A stretch of DNA of 40,338 nucleotides, taken from positions 432,479 through 472,816 of the forward strand of contig NW_014577064.1 in NCBI RefSeq assembly GCF_000485595.1, written 5' to 3'. This DNA comes from Priapulus caudatus (taxonomy: Eukaryota). The number at the start of each line of letters is the position of its first letter. Positions within the stretch are counted from its first letter, which is position 1. The notes below the pieces were generated by a model, which made no database searches, was not told the DNA's origin, and saw nothing but the letters and a program-made list of their open reading frames with translations. The position numbers and the translations under genes are program-made. Below are positions 36,342 to 40,338 of the stretch, piece after piece.

Positions 36342-36995
36342 CTCACTGTAAGCATGCATGTCCCAAGCTGATTTTATAGTTTTCCTTGCCTTAGATTACA
36401 GGCTTCCTGGTTAGTAGATTGGAGCCAGAACAGAATGAAACAGTGATTCACTACGTCTTTGTTCAAGCTTGAACAAAGACGTGTCAATTTCAATGCACCT
36501 ATATTGTTTATTTATAGCATATATGTTGATGATATTTTAACCCTATTCTACGTGGTATGGATGTAATATATATGATACCATGAGGTTGCAAATAGATACA
36601 GCACAACAGAATATTGATCTACTAAAATAATAATTCGAGCATATTGTGAGAGTTTCAGTCATTAGAATCAAACTCTCGACTAATGACAGTGAAATGGGTT
36701 TACATGCAGTGATAGAAAAATACAAACTGATACATGCATCAACATCAACATACTGAAAGCCATATAACCTCTAATTTTTGCAAATTACTGAACAGTGCAA
36801 TAGAAGAAAATCACCTAAATTTATTGCTATCATTTCGAATCCTGCATGCACGCCACATGCACTTCGCCTAGGCTAATGAGTAATGGCGGTTGCATGCGCT
36901 CACAAACTCTCTTACACCTACTACAAAATGTACGCAGTGCTCTTTACAATAATTAAATGTTAACTCCTAATCTGACAAACAATGTGATCTGTTAC

Positions 36996-37076
36996 CCACC
37001 TTAGAAATTCGTTTTGCCGAATTACACAAAGGGTCTTAGCTTTTCCTGCACAAAAGGCTCGACGTGGGGCAGTCAT
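36996..37076 (-). other. Putative GGCX first exon (ATG 37076; donors after 37000 or 36996)
   Basis: ATG-initiated open frame MTAPRRAFCAGK... ending at AAG|gtgg|gtaac, just downstream of promoter-like motifs; the next exon has a clear acceptor that needs an upstream donor. Confidence 0.5.
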
Positions 37077-37152
37077 CGGCAAACACACATTATCACTGCC
37101 TCCCCTACCGTGCCCACGCTCAGCTGTCCCTGCTGCCTATTGACTGCCTCTC

Positions 37153-37167
37153 GGTTGCCTAGCAACC
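37153..37167. promoter_or_regulatory. RFX X-box-like palindrome GGTTGCCTAGCAACC
   Basis: Matches the GTTGCC(N)RGCAAC X-box consensus; ~80 bp upstream of the putative first-exon ATG. Confidence 0.55.
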
Positions 37168-37317
37168 AGTAGTGGCAGTGGCGACAGACGTCGCAGAGGG
37201 CTTAATTTCCTGCGGGTGGTAACATGAGATGTCAGGAAGCTGATAGTCTGTCAGGACCTCGAATGAAAACTTTCGTCAATTAATTACTAGCATTTACCTG
37301 TATTCAATAATCAATAG

Positions 37318-37326
37318 CACTTCCGG
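37318..37326 (-). promoter_or_regulatory. ETS-type motif CCGGAAGTG
   Basis: cacttccgg on plus strand, in the putative GGCX promoter; short motif, so a chance match is possible. Confidence 0.35.
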
Positions 37327-37401
37327 GCAGACATATAGTATGTCGTCTCACTCATGTACGTCATGTAGAGACAAAAAAAAATTCTGGTTTCTAGTTCTAT
37401 C

Positions 37402-37406
<5 letters not shown>

Positions 37407-37468
<62 letters not shown>

Positions 37469-37774
37469 NNNNNNNNNNCATTCCTTGGTCCGCGTTTCAC
37501 GAGAACTGTATTTTCATTACTGAATGTCCACGTCTGCTATTGTTTGCGTACAAATTTCAACTGATTTCAACAATTTCAACAACTTACAACAAATTACAAA
37601 TTTCGTCTGATGCGATTGAGCGGCAGCACACGCACGCACGCACGCACACACACACGCACGCACGCACGCACACATGCACACACGCACGCACGCTAGCACG
37701 CACGCACGCACGCACGCACGCACACACGCACGCACACACGCACGCACGCACGCACGACACGCACGCACGACACG

Positions 37775-37813
<39 letters not shown>

Positions 37814-37912
37814 CACACACAACACAACACATGACAGCACACACACGCACACAGAAACGCACGCGCGCACACACACGCACGGGCACAGAAACACACGCAC
37901 ACACAACCACGC
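37407..37912. repeat. (CA)n and (CACG)n microsatellite cluster
   Basis: Direct reading; small N gap inside. Confidence 0.93.
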
Positions 37913-37917
37913 AAAAA

Positions 37918-38111
37918 CGGTCCGGGTTTTATTCACGAGTCCGGGTCCGGGTCCGGGTTTTATGCAGGTTTTCCGGGTCCGGGTCCGGGTTTTATGCAGG
38001 TTTTCCGGGTCCGGTCCGGGTTTTATGCAGGTTTTCCGGGTCCGGGTCCGGGTTTTATGCAGGTTTTCCGGGTCCGGGTCCGGGTCCAGGTCCGGGTTTT
38101 ATTCACACCCG
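37918..38111. repeat. ~32-bp tandem repeat (tccggg)3 ttttatgcaggttt
   Basis: About 5-6 units; first and last variants read ttttattcac. Confidence 0.88.
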
Positions 38112-38402
38112 CTGGCTACGCGTACGTTGCACGCATAGTTGCAAATGTGAGACGCATTGAACTTATGACACATATAATAGTCGTGATACATCCCTACACG
38201 TGTACGGACAAACATAAAAGGTATATATATCCATCGGCGTTCTCACACTCACCCTCTATATTCTCACCAATCGTGAATTGATTGCATGCTATATTTTTGT
38301 TGTTTGTGCAAAGCGACGTGCATGCAGTGTACTTGTATGTTGCAGAGGAGCATTTGAAGAGAGAGAGTGAGAGAGGCAGAGTTGCAGAGGAGCATTTGAA
38401 CA

Positions 38403-38515
38403 GCATTTATAGGAAATTATCAGTAATACTAGGTGAAAGACAGTTAAGATACTTTGGCAGCAAATACATTTTCTTTATTCACCATTATTTTATTATTGAA
38501 ACGTTTCAAGTGCCT
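38403..38515 (+). repeat. Short dispersed repeat, copy 3
   Basis: gcatttataggaaattatcag...ttattgaaacgtttcaagtgcctg. Confidence 0.7.
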
Positions 38516-40254
38516 GTTGAGTAGATGACAATTAAATGTATCAGTTATTTTTAGAAGCCAGATTTCCTCACCATGGCTCATACTAAACAAGAAACATGAA
38601 AGAGCCAAAGCTGCTTTACCTAGGTATTTTCAGGGGTGAATAATGACCCCTATCATTTTCATTATTCACGCCTGGTATTTACTACCCAGGGTTGGATGCA
38701 TATTGGTGTCATGGCAAATGGGATTCAGTACAATGTGCACGGCATGAGGTTGTGCAGGTATTGAGTATTCGCTACAAACAGAACGAATCCTGCAACACTG
38801 CGCATATGTCATTCTGGACCACTTCTAATGTTTGTACAAGACATGCACACTCGGATCGATATATTTATATAATGTCCTTTGACATGACAGTTTACTGAAA
38901 GCTAGCTGTTTTGGTTTGAACATTGCATGCATATGATTGATAATGATACGTGTACGTACGTGTTGCATACACGTATATTTTTATTACCGTATTTTGTTGT
39001 ACTGCACTGTAGAACCATCTGAAATTTAAAGATTATGATTGGTGGTATTTTCTATATGCAAGGAAAGACACGAAATTTGACAGGAATTTTTATCCAGTAA
39101 AAACTTGCTATTCAAATGAGAAATCGCGCAGGTATATGAATATTTAAGGATTGATTGCATATGATATCATAATAATTTACCTTGGCTTGCCATCCAATAC
39201 TGTTCTAACTAAACCTACCACTGAGGAGTGTTGCCAACTGGTTTAGCATGGTGGAAGCCATGTGTGGCTTGTGTTCTGTGTTCTGTGTGTGGTAGTTGAC
39301 AGTGGGCAGTTCGCCATTTATCATGTATAATAGTATCTACCAAAGGTCGTGGAGTGCCGGAGGCCTCCGGCACTATACGATCTTTGGTATCTACACTGGT
39401 CTTGGGGGCTTTCCCATCGGCATCCAATATCCCCCACCAATCGGCATCCAATCCCTACCACCGCCAGACCGCCGACCAATGACAGTGAAGTGGATCACCT
39501 GATCAAATCGATCAGGGACAACGCGCGTGGTGACTTTATTAGCCACGGTGTGATTTAATGGCCAATTAGTCAGGCACCTATCCAGTAAGCTTATCCTGAT
39601 CATTGTAATATGCATATATTTGCATGAATAATTCAAATGGCATACACAATCAAATCATCGGTGACAGTCCTCTCGCCAAACTGGGCGAGTGAGTCAAATG
39701 GAATCTGTATTCGCCAAAATTTTAAAACAAAATGCTTGTAAAGCAATAGCGAAAAATATACTAATTAGGGATGGGTTCGGCAAGGGGTCCCTGATTAGGC
39801 GGGGTCCGGGGCCCCCCAGAATTTTTTTTTGAAAATTACACCTATATACCTCTTAGATGCAATTTCCTGCACTCTGATCTTTGAGGCAGCATTATTAAAC
39901 AATCTTCATCACAAAAATATAACTTTTGAGTTGAGTATTTTAATCTTTGGGGACACCAAAGACTGAAAGACTACTTAAATAAAAAGAAACATATAAACTT
40001 CAAATTGCTGAGGGTTGGACTAGCTGCTCAGTCTCTGCCAAGTTGTGCAAGTACAATGCTAAGGCAAAGGAATGTGGTTAATAAGTTAATCTATCTGCCA
40101 ACTGAATTAACACAGGCCTCGACGCTTAATTATTTTCAGATCTGTACAAAATTTACTTGCAATCTATATGACCCGTTAAGACATCCTCTTTTGGTTCAGT
40201 GCATATCATATTACGAGGAGTGTATAATATAGAGATCTATATTATATAAATAAA

Positions 40255-40263
40255 TAGATATAG

Positions 40264-40298
<35 letters not shown>

Positions 40299-40338
40299 GC
40301 AGATATATATATATATAGATAGATAGATATATATATAG
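40255..40338. repeat. (GATA)n/(TA)n microsatellite
   Basis: Direct reading. Confidence 0.92.

Noticed and set aside
39775..39880. Fragments resembling generic hAT-type MITE interiors (also ~35750-35880)
   Set aside because: No paired termini or TSD identifiable by eye, so not called as features

Overview
Eukaryotic (invertebrate animal) genomic scaffold with assembly gaps, many microsatellites and two convergent intron-containing genes. (1) Plus strand, 605-6738: the 3' part of a type-B leucine-rich-repeat GPCR closely resembling the bursicon receptor rickets/LGR2. It comprises one 2-LRR exon, a hinge exon, a TM1-2 exon and a 2.7-kb terminal exon with TM2/3-7 and a ~690-aa cytoplasmic tail. 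Exons expected between the LRR exon and the hinge exon are absent, and the splice phases do not match. (2) Minus strand, 35313->21643: a complete vitamin K-dependent gamma-glutamyl carboxylase (GGCX), 15 coding exons traced by hand, ~749 aa, with catalytic motifs intact, a probable upstream first exon at ~37000-37076 and promoter motifs at ~37150-37330. Introns and the intergenic region hold MITEs (a Harbinger/Tourist-like element with a TTA TSD; two copies of a 9-bp-TSD MITE carrying internal TTAGGG tracts), G-rich and GA-rich minisatellites, a short dispersed repeat and several palindromes. Most long ORFs in the supplied track are repeat or gap artefacts. I found no convincing wholly new biological system. 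The best leads are the telomere-repeat MITE family, the tandem-donor uORF/extension switch at the GGCX 5' end, and the receptor's missing exons and very long tail. Homology calls come from recalled protein motifs, not database searches.
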